Part shown: piece after piece, positions 26,928 to 36,669 of the stretch
Layout: each line of letters begins with the position of its first letter
How positions within the stretch are numbered: position 1 is the stretch's first letter
Made by a program: the position numbers and the translations under genes
Source: Candidatus Omnitrophota bacterium
GTDB taxonomy: Bacteria > Omnitrophota > Gorgyraeia > Aquiviventales > Aquiviventaceae
Assembly: GCA_016209275.1 (NCBI GenBank)
Contig: JACQWM010000007.1
Coordinates: forward strand, 6,865 to 70,864
Reading direction: 5' to 3'
Length of the DNA: 64,000 bases
Notes under the pieces: generated by a model
Seen by the model: only the letters and a program-made list of their open reading frames with translations
Databases searched by the model: none
Told to the model about the DNA's origin: nothing

Positions 26928-28927
26928 CCGGCCCCCTTGGGGTCCTGCTGCAGCACGTCGCGCACTTTCGCCAACAAGTCTTCGAGCTGAAACGGCTTGG
27001 CAATGTGGTTGTAGGTCGGATGATCCAGCCCCAGCCGTTCATCGGTGCGCTCGCCTTTGCCGGTCACGATGATGACCGGGATGTCTCTCGTGTTGGGGTT
27101 TTCCTTCAGGAGATGATAGACCTCGTACCCTTCCATCACCGGCATCATCAGATCCAGCAGAATCACGTCAGCGTGGTGGAGCTTCAGCAGCTCAAGGGCT
27201 TGGAGCCCCCCCTCGGCGGCCAGGACGTCATAGCCGCGGTGCTCCAGCGCCTCGGCAATGAATTGCCGCACTTTCGGCTCATCGTCCACGACCAAGACGC
27301 ACGGCTTGACTTCCTGGGCATGCTGGACTTGGCGATCGGCGGCGCGCAAGAGCTCCTCATCATTCAGGGCGTCATCGGGGTAGGTCGCCGTGGCAACTGT
27401 CACAGAGACCTTGATCGCGCGGCCGTCCACGGTCAGCCGCCAGGCGTTGATGGTGCGCAGCAGCCGCGCCATGATCGTCTGGGCCGTGGCTTTATCGACC
27501 TCTGAGAGCATCACGACCATCTCGCCGCGGTGCCACCGAATGACGACATCGCCGGCCCGGCGGCGGATGGTATCCCGAATGAGCAGCTCCATCTCCTTCA
27601 GCATCCGGCTCATTTCCTCCAGCCCGTACAACGCCATCAGCTCCTGGAACTTGACCACCGCCACGACCGCAATCGAAAAGGGGGCCTGCCGGCGTTTCGC
27701 CGATTCAACCCCCGCGCGGAGGTATTCGCGGAAGACGTCATCCAAATGCTGCTTGGGCAGGGTGAAGGAAAACACGCTGCCCTTGCCCGGCTCGCTCGAG
27801 GCTCGAATGGACCCCCCGTGCAGCTCAACCAGCCGCCGGCTGATCGCCAGCCCAAGCCCGGTGCCTTTGGAGCCGCTGCCGCCGATGCTGCGGCGGAACT
27901 GCTGGAATTTCTCGAAGAGCTTCGGCAGATCATCCGGGGCGATCCCCACCCCGGTATCGGAGACGCTGAATTCGAGCTCCGTGGACTGCTCAAAGACCGC
28001 CAGGCGCACTTTCCCGCCAGGATCGGTGAATTTGATGGCGTTGCTCACGAGATTCACGAGCACTTGCGTCATTTTATCGGCATCCACGAAGAGGCTCGGC
28101 AGCCCCGGAGGAAGGTCCGTCTCAAGGCTGACGCGCTTGCTCTCCGCCAGGGGCCGCATCGACTGTATCACGGCATCGACCAGCGCCTGAGGCTCCACCA
28201 ACCGCTTATTCAGCAGCACCCGGCCGGCCTCGATTTTCGCCATGTCGAGGAGGTCGTCGATGATCCGAGAGAGCCGATCGACATTGGCGGTGATGATGGA
28301 GAGATATTCCGTCTGATCCGGCGTGACGTCGCCCGCGATCCCATCGGCGATGATGGCGGTGAACTCTTTGATGGTCGACATGGGCGTGCGCAATTCGTGG
28401 CTGACCATGGAGACGAAGTCGGTTTTGAGCTCATCCAAGCGCTTGAGCTCATCATTAGCGCGCCGCAGCTCGACATTGCGCTCCTCCAGCAGCCGGGCGT
28501 GCTCCCACAACTCATTCTGCAGCTGCTCGCGCTCATCCTTCAAGTGCTTGCGCTCCAAGACCTCGCGGATCACCACCGGCAGCGCCGTCAGATGGCCCAT
28601 GTGGGGGGATTTGATGATGTAATCGTAGGCGCCGAGCTTCATCGCCTCAACCGCCAGCACCTCATCGCCGTGGCCGCTTAAGATGATGCACACCGCTCCG
28701 GGTTTCATGGTGGTAATCCGCCGCAGGATTTCCGTGCCGTGCAGATCGGGCAGCTTCATGTCCAGCAGGTACACATCGAAGGAGGCCGCCACGATCCGCT
28801 CCAGGCCTTGGCGGCCGGTCCGGCAGACGTCGACGACGAAGCCTTCATGCTCGAGGGCTTCCTTGGTCAGGAGGGCTTGCCCTTCGTCGTCCTCAATCAG
28901 GAGAATGGAGCGTGGGGTCTGGTCCAT
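26924..28927 (-). CDS. Hybrid kinase REC-HisKA-HATPase-(degenerate GGDEF)-REC
   Basis: SHELRTP, NAIKFT, GTGLGL; GGDEF-fold segment (DVVIRWHRGEMVV..ATYPDD..LLRAAD). Confidence 0.87.
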   Translation of the reverse strand: MDQTPRSILLIEDDEGQALLTKEALEHEGFVVDVCRTGRQGLERIVAASFDVYLLDMKLPDLHGTEILRRITTMKPGAVCIILSGHGDEVLAVEAMKLGAYDYIIKSPHMGHLTALPVVIREVLERKHLKDEREQLQNELWEHARLLEERNVELRRANDELKRLDELKTDFVSMVSHELRTPMSTIKEFTAIIADGIAGDVTPDQTEYLSIITANVDRLSRIIDDLLDMAKIEAGRVLLNKRLVEPQALVDAVIQSMRPLAESKRVSLETDLPPGLPSLFVDADKMTQVLVNLVSNAIKFTDPGGKVRLAVFEQSTELEFSVSDTGVGIAPDDLPKLFEKFQQFRRSIGGSGSKGTGLGLAISRRLVELHGGSIRASSEPGKGSVFSFTLPKQHLDDVFREYLRAGVESAKRRQAPFSIAVVAVVKFQELMALYGLEEMSRMLKEMELLIRDTIRRRAGDVVIRWHRGEMVVMLSEVDKATAQTIMARLLRTINAWRLTVDGRAIKVSVTVATATYPDDALNDEELLRAADRQVQHAQEVKPCVLVVDDEPKVRQFIAEALEHRGYDVLAAEGGLQALELLKLHHADVILLDLMMPVMEGYEVYHLLKENPNTRDIPVIIVTGKGERTDERLGLDHPTYNHIAKPFQLEDLLAKVRDVLQQDPKGAG

Positions 28928-28935
28928 GCCGCGTG

Positions 28936-29379
28936 TCAGTCGGGAAAGCGCACCACATCGAGAAACAGCCCCAGGGCCCGGACGCGCTCTTGAAAGTTTT
29001 CATACTGGATCGGCTTGACGATGTAGCTGTTCGCCCCCAGCTTATAGCACCGATTCACTTCGGCCTGGTCGTCGGTCGAGGTGAGCATCAGCACCGGAAT
29101 CAGCTTCAAACGCGGATCCGTCTTCACCCTTTCCAACACTGAAAAGCCGTCCAGCTTCGGCATTTTGATGTCCAGGAGAATCAGGCCGGGTTTCGGCGAT
29201 TTGCCCGCGTCCTGGTATTCGCCGCGCCGCAGCAGATAGTCCAGCGCTTGCTGGCCATCGGTCAGCTCGATGATATCATTGATAATGCCTCCCGCCCGAA
29301 GATTTTCCCGGATCAGCAGGCGATGACCCTCATCATCCTCCACCAGCAGAATCACAATGGATTGCTTTTCGTCAGTCAT
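28936..29379 (-). CDS. Single-domain response regulator (Rcp1-like)
   Basis: LLVEDD, LLDIKMPKLDG, CYKLGANSYIVKP; start at MTDEK. Confidence 0.9.
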   Translation of the reverse strand: MTDEKQSIVILLVEDDEGHRLLIRENLRAGGIINDIIELTDGQQALDYLLRRGEYQDAGKSPKPGLILLDIKMPKLDGFSVLERVKTDPRLKLIPVLMLTSTDDQAEVNRCYKLGANSYIVKPIQYENFQERVRALGLFLDVVRFPD

Positions 29380-29383
29380 CGCT

Positions 29384-31525
29384 TCAGCCCTCCGCTGTTC
29401 GCTGCTGATGGCGAGGCAGCGTGAAATAAAACGTGCTGCCCTGCCCCCGCTGCGAGACGACCCAGATTCTGCCGCCGTGGGCGCGCAGAATCTTGCGCAC
29501 ATAGGACAGCCCGACGCCTTCGCCGGGCACATCCACCGCCTGCAGGCGCGTGAACATCTGAAAGACCCGCTCTTGATCCTCCAGGGCGATGCCAATACCG
29601 GTATCGCGCACAAAACACTCGACACCGCCCTCCGTGTCCCGGCCGCCGATTTCAATGAAGCGGATGCCGGTGGCCCCCATATAGTTAACCGCATTGGACA
29701 CCAGATTGGCAAACACTTGGTTGATTTCGTTGCGCCGGCAGGGGACCTGGGCGGGCAGCGGGTGGCGGATCACCTGGATCGCCGCCTCCTTGAGCTGATG
29801 CTGCACGGTGGCGAGCGCGTCATCCACAATGGCATCCAGATCGTGCGGCTGCGGCGGATCGGCTCGCCGTCCCACGCGGGAGACGGCCAGGAGCGAGGCG
29901 AGCAGCGCGTCCATCTTCTCCACGCTTTTGGAAATAAACCGCAAGGATTCCGCGCACCGCGACTGCAGCTCCTGGCGCAAGGCGGTGATGTGCTCGGACA
30001 GAGCCTGATCGGCGCAGCGGCTCTGGGCGCGCTGCAGCGTGTCCACAGCATCTTGAATGACCGGGGCCAGCCGCGTGGAGAAGCCCTGGATATTGATGAG
30101 GGGTGCCCGCAGGTCGTGGGAGACGACCCGCAGCACATCTTCCATTTCTTGATTCACGGCCGAGAGCTCCTGGGTCGAGCGCTCCAAGCGTTTGGTGTAT
30201 TCTTCCAGTTCCGTTTTGGACGCCTGCAGCTCTTCGACCATGTGGTTGAACGACCGCGCCACATCGCTCAGCTCATCGTTGGTCGCCACCGGCACGTGCT
30301 GAGAGAGATCGCCGTACTCAGCGATCTTCCGCGCCGCGTCGGTCAGCTCGGCGAGCGGACTGGTGACCCCGCGCGTATAGTAGCGCCCCAGCAAAATCAC
30401 GATCCCCAGCACCTCAAACGCCACGACCCACGAAAACCGCACAAACTGCTGCAGGGGGAGCGCGAAATCCGACGGAAACGCCACGGACGTGAAGAGGTGC
30501 GGCGGGTTCATCGACCGCACAAACGCCACCACCCGGTGCTGGCCGACGCGATCGACCCACACGCCTTCGCGATCCCACCGGCTGAGGTCCGATTCGCGAA
30601 AGCGTTCTTCCGCGACATGGCGATACCCGCGCGGATGCGCGGAGATAATGCTCCCATCGGCCACGTTCGACTCAAACACATAGCCCTGGCTTCCCAGAGC
30701 CGCGTCCTGCAGCACCATCAGCCGTTCAGCCGGACGGGTCACAAAGCTCAGGCGCACCGCCGCCGCCCGCAATTGGGTCAGCGCTCGATCGCCCATGTAC
30801 CGCTCAGTAATGATTTGGCCCAGCTTGTAGGCCGCCGGCTGCAAGAGGCAGACGGCCGCAATCGCCAAGACGCACACCGTCCCAAGGAATTTGGCTTCCA
30901 GCGAGGCGCGAAACAGCGGCCTCGGGTGCCGCAGCTGGATGCTGCACCAACTGAGCACGGGCTGCAGCGCGCGCGCCGTCCCGAAATAGCAGAACGCTCC
31001 CTGCATGCCGCCCACCAGCGGGATCGCCGGCAGCGTCTTGACGATTTCGATGAAGGGCAGATGGGCCCCGACGTAGACCACGGCGATGCCAACCGCATAG
31101 GCGATGGCGGCCGCGACAAACGCGGAGCGCGCCACGTCCCATGGCAGCCGCAGGGCGCGCTCATACACCATCAAACATTCGGAACGATCCACCGGGCCGC
31201 CGGCGGTCCACCGGCTGAGCGCGTCGTGGATGGGACGATACCAGCGCCGGGGCAGGGCCACCACGCACACGCCGCCGACGAAGGGCAGGGCCACCACATG
31301 CATCCAGAGCATCCAGCGCTTCTGCTCCTCGTTCAGCAGCCAAGAAAACCAGGCATAGGTCAGCGCTAAGCCGAATCCGAAGACGACAACAGCCAGGCTC
31401 CAGACCCGCAGCAGCCGCAGCAGCGTTCTCCGCGGCGTTGGCAGCCCACCGGTGCTGGTCCTGGTTGTTGCCGCGGCTGATGGCTTCTGATGTCTGGCGC
31501 TTGTTTGATGATCGTTCATCATCAT
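29384..31525 (-). CDS. Multi-TM sensor histidine kinase with HAMP
   Basis: Several TM helices, DELSDVARSFN HAMP, SHDLRAPL, NAVNY, GVGL. Confidence 0.9.
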   Translation of the reverse strand: MMMNDHQTSARHQKPSAAATTRTSTGGLPTPRRTLLRLLRVWSLAVVVFGFGLALTYAWFSWLLNEEQKRWMLWMHVVALPFVGGVCVVALPRRWYRPIHDALSRWTAGGPVDRSECLMVYERALRLPWDVARSAFVAAAIAYAVGIAVVYVGAHLPFIEIVKTLPAIPLVGGMQGAFCYFGTARALQPVLSWCSIQLRHPRPLFRASLEAKFLGTVCVLAIAAVCLLQPAAYKLGQIITERYMGDRALTQLRAAAVRLSFVTRPAERLMVLQDAALGSQGYVFESNVADGSIISAHPRGYRHVAEERFRESDLSRWDREGVWVDRVGQHRVVAFVRSMNPPHLFTSVAFPSDFALPLQQFVRFSWVVAFEVLGIVILLGRYYTRGVTSPLAELTDAARKIAEYGDLSQHVPVATNDELSDVARSFNHMVEELQASKTELEEYTKRLERSTQELSAVNQEMEDVLRVVSHDLRAPLINIQGFSTRLAPVIQDAVDTLQRAQSRCADQALSEHITALRQELQSRCAESLRFISKSVEKMDALLASLLAVSRVGRRADPPQPHDLDAIVDDALATVQHQLKEAAIQVIRHPLPAQVPCRRNEINQVFANLVSNAVNYMGATGIRFIEIGGRDTEGGVECFVRDTGIGIALEDQERVFQMFTRLQAVDVPGEGVGLSYVRKILRAHGGRIWVVSQRGQGSTFYFTLPRHQQRTAEG

Positions 31526-31538
31526 CTGTGACGTGAAA

Positions 31539-33560
31539 TTACTGACGGCTCAGCTCAGTATACCGCATGGCCATCGGCAACGTGAATATGAAGGTGCTCC
31601 CCTGCCCTGGCTCCGAAACCACCCGGATCGTGCCCCCGTGCGCATGGAGGATCTTGCGCACGTAGGCCAACCCGATGCCTTCGCCGGGGACGTCGATCGT
31701 CTGCAACCGAGTGAAGAGCTGGAAGATCCGCTCCTGATCAGCCGGGGTGATGCCAATGCCGGTATCCCGGACGTAGCACTCCGCGAACTCCCCGTGCGCA
31801 GCGCCGCCGATCTCAATCTGGCGTGTGGAACATGCTCCCATGTACTTGATGGCATTGCTCAACAGGTTGGAGAAGACCTGGTTGATTTCGTTGCGCCGGC
31901 AGGGGATCTGGGCGGGCAGCGGGTGGCGCACCAGCTCAATCTGTTGCTCCTTGAGCTGATGGGTGAGGGTCGCCAGGACATCATCGAGGATCTGGTCGAG
32001 ATCATGGGGCGCGATGGGATCCGCCCGGCGGCCGACGCGGGAGATGGCCAGCAGCGAGCCGAGCAGCGTGTCCATCTTCTCGACGCTCTTGAAGATGAAT
32101 TGCATGGATTCCTGGATCCGCTCCGGCGCGCCTGGCGTAGGAGTCTTCAGGAGCTGGTCGAGGCGCTTGGCGAAGCCTTGGATGTTAATCAGGGGGGCGC
32201 GCAGGTCGTGGGAGACGACCCGGAGCAGATCTTCCATTTCTTGGTTGAGCGCGGAGAGGTTTTGCGTGGACTGCTCGAGCCGCTCGACCATCTGATTAAA
32301 GGAGTGGGCCAAGTCGCTGAGCTCATCGTCCGTGGCCACGGGGACGTGCTGAGACAAGTTTCCTGAGCCGGCGATGGCCCGGACGGCGTCGGTTAATTCG
32401 CCGAGCGGCGTGGTCAAGCCGCGGGTGTAGTAGCGCGCAAAGAGAAACACGAGGCAGAGAATCTCGGCGGTCACGAACAACGAGAAGAAGACAAAGCGGC
32501 GCAGCGGAGCGGAGAAATCATCCGGAAACGACACCGAGACCAGGGTCCACGGCGGATCGCTGATCCGGAGGAACGTGATAATCCGATGCTCTCCGACGCG
32601 ATCAATAAGCGTGCCTTCGTCGCCGGCCCAAAACTCGCGATGGCGTTGAAAGAGCCGCTCTTGCGACAGGGATGTATACCTTAGCGCATGGGGAGTCTCG
32701 ATGCGGCCCTCGGCGGTGCCGGCCACAAAGACATACCCATGAGCCCCCATCACGGCTTCATGAAGAATCTTCATTCGCTCGCTCGGTGGCGTCACAATGG
32801 AAATTCGCGCCGCGGCCGCGCGCAATTGGGTCAGCGCCCGATCGCGCAGATACTGCTCTGTGATCGTCTGGCCCAGGGTGTACGCCGCCGGCGGCAGAAA
32901 GCAGACCGCCGCAATCGCCGAGACCCAGGTGACGGCGAAAAACTTCACCCCAAGCGAGACGCCGCGGAGGGGGCGCGGAACCTTCAGCTGCGCGCTGCAC
33001 CAGACCGCCACCGGATACCATCCCCGGATCGTTCCAAAGTAGCCGAAGCTTCCGCACATGCCGCACACCAACGGGATGATGGGCAGCGCTTTCAGCACCT
33101 CCACCCACGGCATCTCAACAGCGACGCGCATGATGACGATGCCGATGGCGGTACCAATGGTGATCATCGTCGAGGCAAGGATGGCCACTCGCCACGGCAT
33201 CCGTAGGGCATCCTCGTAGAGCTTCGTGCATTCTACCCGGCTGATGGGCGCACCCGCAACCCATGACATGAGCTTTCGATACATTGGGCCATAGTACAAC
33301 AGCCACAGATACACCCAGCACGCGACCCCCCCGACCGGCGCGATGACAAATACGATCGAGATCAGCCACCGCCACTGAATGGGATCCAGGAGCCAGGCGG
33401 AGCGGAGATACGTGAGGATGACGCCAAACCCGAACACCACCAAGGTGGCCAGCCACACACGAAAGAGGTACAAAATCACTTGGAGGGGTGCCAAGGGAGG
33501 TGCGTGCTCATTGCGCGTGAGAACATCCGCTGGCGCTGCCGCGTCGCTGAGGTTTTTCAT
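31539..33560 (-). CDS. Multi-TM sensor histidine kinase with HAMP (tandem paralog)
   Basis: Same architecture and shared motifs (DRALTQLRAAA, IPCRRNEINQVF) as 29384-31525. Confidence 0.9.
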   Translation of the reverse strand: MKNLSDAAAPADVLTRNEHAPPLAPLQVILYLFRVWLATLVVFGFGVILTYLRSAWLLDPIQWRWLISIVFVIAPVGGVACWVYLWLLYYGPMYRKLMSWVAGAPISRVECTKLYEDALRMPWRVAILASTMITIGTAIGIVIMRVAVEMPWVEVLKALPIIPLVCGMCGSFGYFGTIRGWYPVAVWCSAQLKVPRPLRGVSLGVKFFAVTWVSAIAAVCFLPPAAYTLGQTITEQYLRDRALTQLRAAAARISIVTPPSERMKILHEAVMGAHGYVFVAGTAEGRIETPHALRYTSLSQERLFQRHREFWAGDEGTLIDRVGEHRIITFLRISDPPWTLVSVSFPDDFSAPLRRFVFFSLFVTAEILCLVFLFARYYTRGLTTPLGELTDAVRAIAGSGNLSQHVPVATDDELSDLAHSFNQMVERLEQSTQNLSALNQEMEDLLRVVSHDLRAPLINIQGFAKRLDQLLKTPTPGAPERIQESMQFIFKSVEKMDTLLGSLLAISRVGRRADPIAPHDLDQILDDVLATLTHQLKEQQIELVRHPLPAQIPCRRNEINQVFSNLLSNAIKYMGACSTRQIEIGGAAHGEFAECYVRDTGIGITPADQERIFQLFTRLQTIDVPGEGIGLAYVRKILHAHGGTIRVVSEPGQGSTFIFTLPMAMRYTELSRQ

Positions 33561-33657
33561 GGAGTTTTAAGCCCTGTTAAGGGGCATTACGTGAAGTATA
33601 CCTGACGGAGGCAGCGCGAAACAATGCAACAGCAAGATGGGCCAACGGTTAGAACGG

Positions 33658-33885
33658 TTAGAGCGTCGCGGCCCAGCGGAGAAACCGCAGGAGGATCGTG
33701 GGGTGGCGGATCACAAACGCGGCGAAGCGGGCGGCGGTGATGTCCTCGGCATGGAGCAGCCGGCCCTGCTCATCCAGCACGCCATACGTCTCCAGGCGCC
33801 AGCGCAGCAGCGGGGAGCGCCAGGGAGTGAGGACGTACGGCCAGCTCAGGCGAATGGCGACAAGAAGCATACGAAACCACAGCAT
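33658..33885 (-). CDS. Small hypothetical protein
   Basis: Fills the gap between tpx and the kinase; Trp-rich motif PWRSPLLRWRLETYG; start uncertain. Confidence 0.55.
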   Translation of the reverse strand: MLWFRMLLVAIRLSWPYVLTPWRSPLLRWRLETYGVLDEQGRLLHAEDITAARFAAFVIRHPTILLRFLRWAATL

Positions 33886-33887
33886 AA

Positions 33888-34020
33888 AAATTACCAATTA
33901 CCAAGCACCAATGACCAAACAATCACCAATTTTCCAATGACCAAATCACCAAACGTTTGGTTATTGGTCATTCAGTCATTGGTCATGGTTTGGTAATTGG
34001 AATTTGGTTATTGGTTATTT
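33888..34020. repeat. ~133-bp imperfect inverted repeat of CCAA-NNN heptamers (MITE-like), copy 1
   Basis: (NNNCCAA)n then (TTGGNNN)n around CCAAACGTTTGG; collinear with 46982-47116. Confidence 0.88.
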
Positions 34021-34557
34021 TGTTAACAATTTGGTGGCAGCCAAAGCAGCGTCGTAGTTCGGATGGGACGTCACTTCCGGCACGTACTCGACGTAACGCA
34101 CGGTCCCGCTGGCGTCGACCAAGAAGATCGCCCGGCTCAACAGGCGCAGTTCTTTGATGAGCGCGCCATAGGCGGCGCCGAATGACGCATCGCGGTGGTC
34201 CGACGCCGTCATGACGCGACTGATGCCGGCCGCCCCGCACCACCGCTTTTGGGCAAAGGGCAGATCCATGCTGATGGTCACAATCGCCACGTTCGGCAGC
34301 TTGGCCGCTTCTTCGTTGAACCGCCGCGTCTGCGCATCGCACACCGGCGTATCCAGCGAGGGCACCACGCTAATCAAGAGGGGCTTGCCTCTGAACTGCC
34401 CCAGGGTGATGGGCGAGAGATCCTGCCCAAGGAGTTGAAACTCCGGCGCCTTGCCGCCAACGGTGATTTCTGGCCCAAGCAGGGTGAGAGGACCTCCTTT
34501 AAAGGTCACAACACCTCGGCGTTCCTTCCCTAATGCGGTTGCAGTAGCAGTGGCCAT
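34015..34557 (-). CDS. tpx: Thiol peroxidase
   Basis: VPSLDTPVC, DLPFAQKRWC; TTGACG-N17-TAGGAT promoter. Confidence 0.95.
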   Translation of the reverse strand: MATATATALGKERRGVVTFKGGPLTLLGPEITVGGKAPEFQLLGQDLSPITLGQFRGKPLLISVVPSLDTPVCDAQTRRFNEEAAKLPNVAIVTISMDLPFAQKRWCGAAGISRVMTASDHRDASFGAAYGALIKELRLLSRAIFLVDASGTVRYVEYVPEVTSHPNYDAALAATKLLTK

Positions 34558-34633
34558 CAGCGCCTCCCTCAGGTTTCACGCGATGAGACTTTTATCCTAC
34601 GGGAAAGCTCTTGCTGCGTCAATACATCACACC

Positions 34634-34668
34634 TTGACGAGCCTCGCACTCGCCGATAGAGTGAACCT
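34634..34668 (+). promoter_or_regulatory. Sigma70 promoter predicting a leaderless transcript
   Basis: TTGACG-N17-TAGAGT-N6-ATG. Confidence 0.6.
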
Positions 34669-35805
34669 ATGAGCCTGACCCTGCTCTTGCATGGCCGGCT
34701 TGGCCCGACCGTCAACTATGCACCGCTTGGCTCCTGGCTGCTGCCCTGGCGCATCGGCGATGGGCAAGCGGAATATGCCGCATTGCAGCAGGCGGCAGCG
34801 CTCATCGACTATTCGACCCTCGCCGCCATTGAGGTGCGCGGGGCGGATCGCGTGAGTTTCCTACAACGGCTCGTCACGAACGACGTGGCGCGATTGGCCC
34901 CCGGCCAGGGGTCTCCGGCAGCCCTCCTAGATGCGAATGGAAAAATGCTCGCGGTCTTTCTCATCCTCATGGATCAGGAGGGGCTGTGGCTGCTGTGTGA
35001 TGTGGAGCGCGCAGCGCTCATCACGCCGCTGCTGGATCGCTACCTCTTCACCGAGGAGGTGAAGGTCCTCAACCATGAGCGCCGATGGGCCGCGCTGGCC
35101 GTGCAGGGACCGAAGGCTCTTCCCTTCCTTCGCGAGCTGACCGAAGCCGCTCCGAAGCCCCCTGTAAACAGCGGGGCGAAGGAGGGTGAAGCCGCTCTCT
35201 CGCTCATGGCGAGCGGCGATCATCTCCTCGCGACTCTTGAGGGAAACCCCGTGCGGCTGATCCGTCATGGAATCACCGGAGGCGATGGCGTAGTACTCCT
35301 CGTGGAGGCTAACACCGCCGAGCACACCTGGCAGTTCTTGAGAGATCGCGGCCAAAACTTCGGGCTGCGCGTCAGCGGCTGGGAGGCGCTCAACATCGCG
35401 AGGATCGAGGCTGGCATTCCGTGGTACGGCATCGACATGGATGCCTCAAACCTGCTGCCGGAAACCGGACTGGAGGCCACCCATGCCAGCGGCACCAAGG
35501 GCTGCTACATCGGCCAGGAAATTGTGGCGCGGCTGAGCACGTATGGCTCGCCGAATAAAAAACTGATGGGCTTGGTGTTGGGCGAAGGAGCCAGCGTGCC
35601 TGCCTCAGGCGATGAGATCCTGCATGAGCAAGAGTCGATTGGACGGATTACGAGCGGCTGCTACTCATGGCGTTTGAAGCGGCCGATTGCCATGGGGTAT
35701 GTGAAACGGGGCCGCGACGAACCGAACACGCCGGTGCAGATTCTTCACGGTCAGACGCGATGCCACGCCACTGTGGTGAGGCGTCCTATTGCTGCCAGTA
35801 CCTGA
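34669..35805 (+). CDS. YgfZ/GcvT-like folate-binding aminomethyltransferase family protein
   Basis: GADRVSFLQRLVTND, RIEAG, KGCYIGQE. Confidence 0.9.
   Translation: MSLTLLLHGRLGPTVNYAPLGSWLLPWRIGDGQAEYAALQQAAALIDYSTLAAIEVRGADRVSFLQRLVTNDVARLAPGQGSPAALLDANGKMLAVFLILMDQEGLWLLCDVERAALITPLLDRYLFTEEVKVLNHERRWAALAVQGPKALPFLRELTEAAPKPPVNSGAKEGEAALSLMASGDHLLATLEGNPVRLIRHGITGGDGVVLLVEANTAEHTWQFLRDRGQNFGLRVSGWEALNIARIEAGIPWYGIDMDASNLLPETGLEATHASGTKGCYIGQEIVARLSTYGSPNKKLMGLVLGEGASVPASGDEILHEQESIGRITSGCYSWRLKRPIAMGYVKRGRDEPNTPVQILHGQTRCHATVVRRPIAAST
35143..35197 (+). repeat. 45-bp in-frame hairpin insertion (family C) with 10-bp direct repeat
   Basis: GAAGCCGCTC at 35143 and 35188 flanking CGAAGCCCCCTGTAAACAGCGGGGCGAAGGAGGGT. 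Confidence 0.75.
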
Positions 35806-36316
35806 CGAGCTCCTGCATGTGGGTGAGGGTGGCGAGGTTCGGCATCCGATCGAGGAACACCTTGCCGGCCAAGTGATCGCATTCATGCTGGATGACGCGC
35901 GCAAAAAAGCCGTGCGTGGAAAACCGCGCTCTTTCCCCTTTGCGGTTGTAGGCTTCGACCTCCAGCGACTCGGCTCGCGGCACCTGCCCTCGCAACTCAT
36001 GCACGCTCAAACAGCCCTCCCAATCGACCAGCTGTTTTCTTGAGGCGTTGAGGATCTTCGGATTGATCAGCACCGTCAGGGGGATCTTGCCTTCCCCAGG
36101 ATAGCGGCGGTTATCCGCCACTTCGATGACGGCAATCTGCCGGTTGACATAGACCTGAGGCGCGGCTAAGCCGACCCCGTCATAGTCGCGCATCGTCTCG
36201 ATCATGTCGTCGATCAACCGCTGGGTCTGTGCGGACGTGATGCTCTCCTTCGGCACCGCCTCCGACGGCATGCGAATCACCGGATGTCCCAGCCGAGCGA
36301 CCTTGAGAATGGACAT
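35786..36316 (-). CDS. def: Peptide deformylase
   Basis: GVGLAAPQ, EGCLS, QHECDHL. Confidence 0.96.
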   Translation of the reverse strand: MSILKVARLGHPVIRMPSEAVPKESITSAQTQRLIDDMIETMRDYDGVGLAAPQVYVNRQIAVIEVADNRRYPGEGKIPLTVLINPKILNASRKQLVDWEGCLSVHELRGQVPRAESLEVEAYNRKGERARFSTHGFFARVIQHECDHLAGKVFLDRMPNLATLTHMQELVRYWQQ

Positions 36317-36323
36317 CTGTGAA

Positions 36324-36644
36324 TTATCCAGAAACAACCGGGTTGGAGGTGGGGCCGGACTTCGTCAGCGGCAGATATTCAGGATGGCGTTTCAGATAGG
36401 CGCCTGAGATATACGAACACGAAGGAATCACCCTGAGTGCGCCGGTTTTCGCATACTCAAAGGCGGCTTTGCACAGCTTCTCAGCGATGCCCTGGCCCCG
36501 AAACACCTCGGGCACGTAGGTGTGATAGAGGTCAAGGTCGTTGCCGGTGCGTCGGTACATCACGCAGGCTTCGTAGCCTTCCATGGTGACACAGAAACGG
36601 CTTCCCCCGTGATCGTGTCGCACCTCGACGGATGGCTCGCTCAT
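36324..36644 (-). CDS. Small GNAT acetyltransferase (YjdJ-like)
   Basis: HTYVPEVFRGQGIA, PSCSY. Confidence 0.88.
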   Translation of the reverse strand: MSEPSVEVRHDHGGSRFCVTMEGYEACVMYRRTGNDLDLYHTYVPEVFRGQGIAEKLCKAAFEYAKTGALRVIPSCSYISGAYLKRHPEYLPLTKSGPTSNPVVSG

Positions 36645-36669
36645 GCTCGTGATCCATTATAATAGAAGG

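Noticed and set aside
27530-32366. Long plus-strand ORFs (383, 670 and 277 aa)
   Set aside because: Antisense shadows of GC-rich kinase genes with no recognisable motifs.
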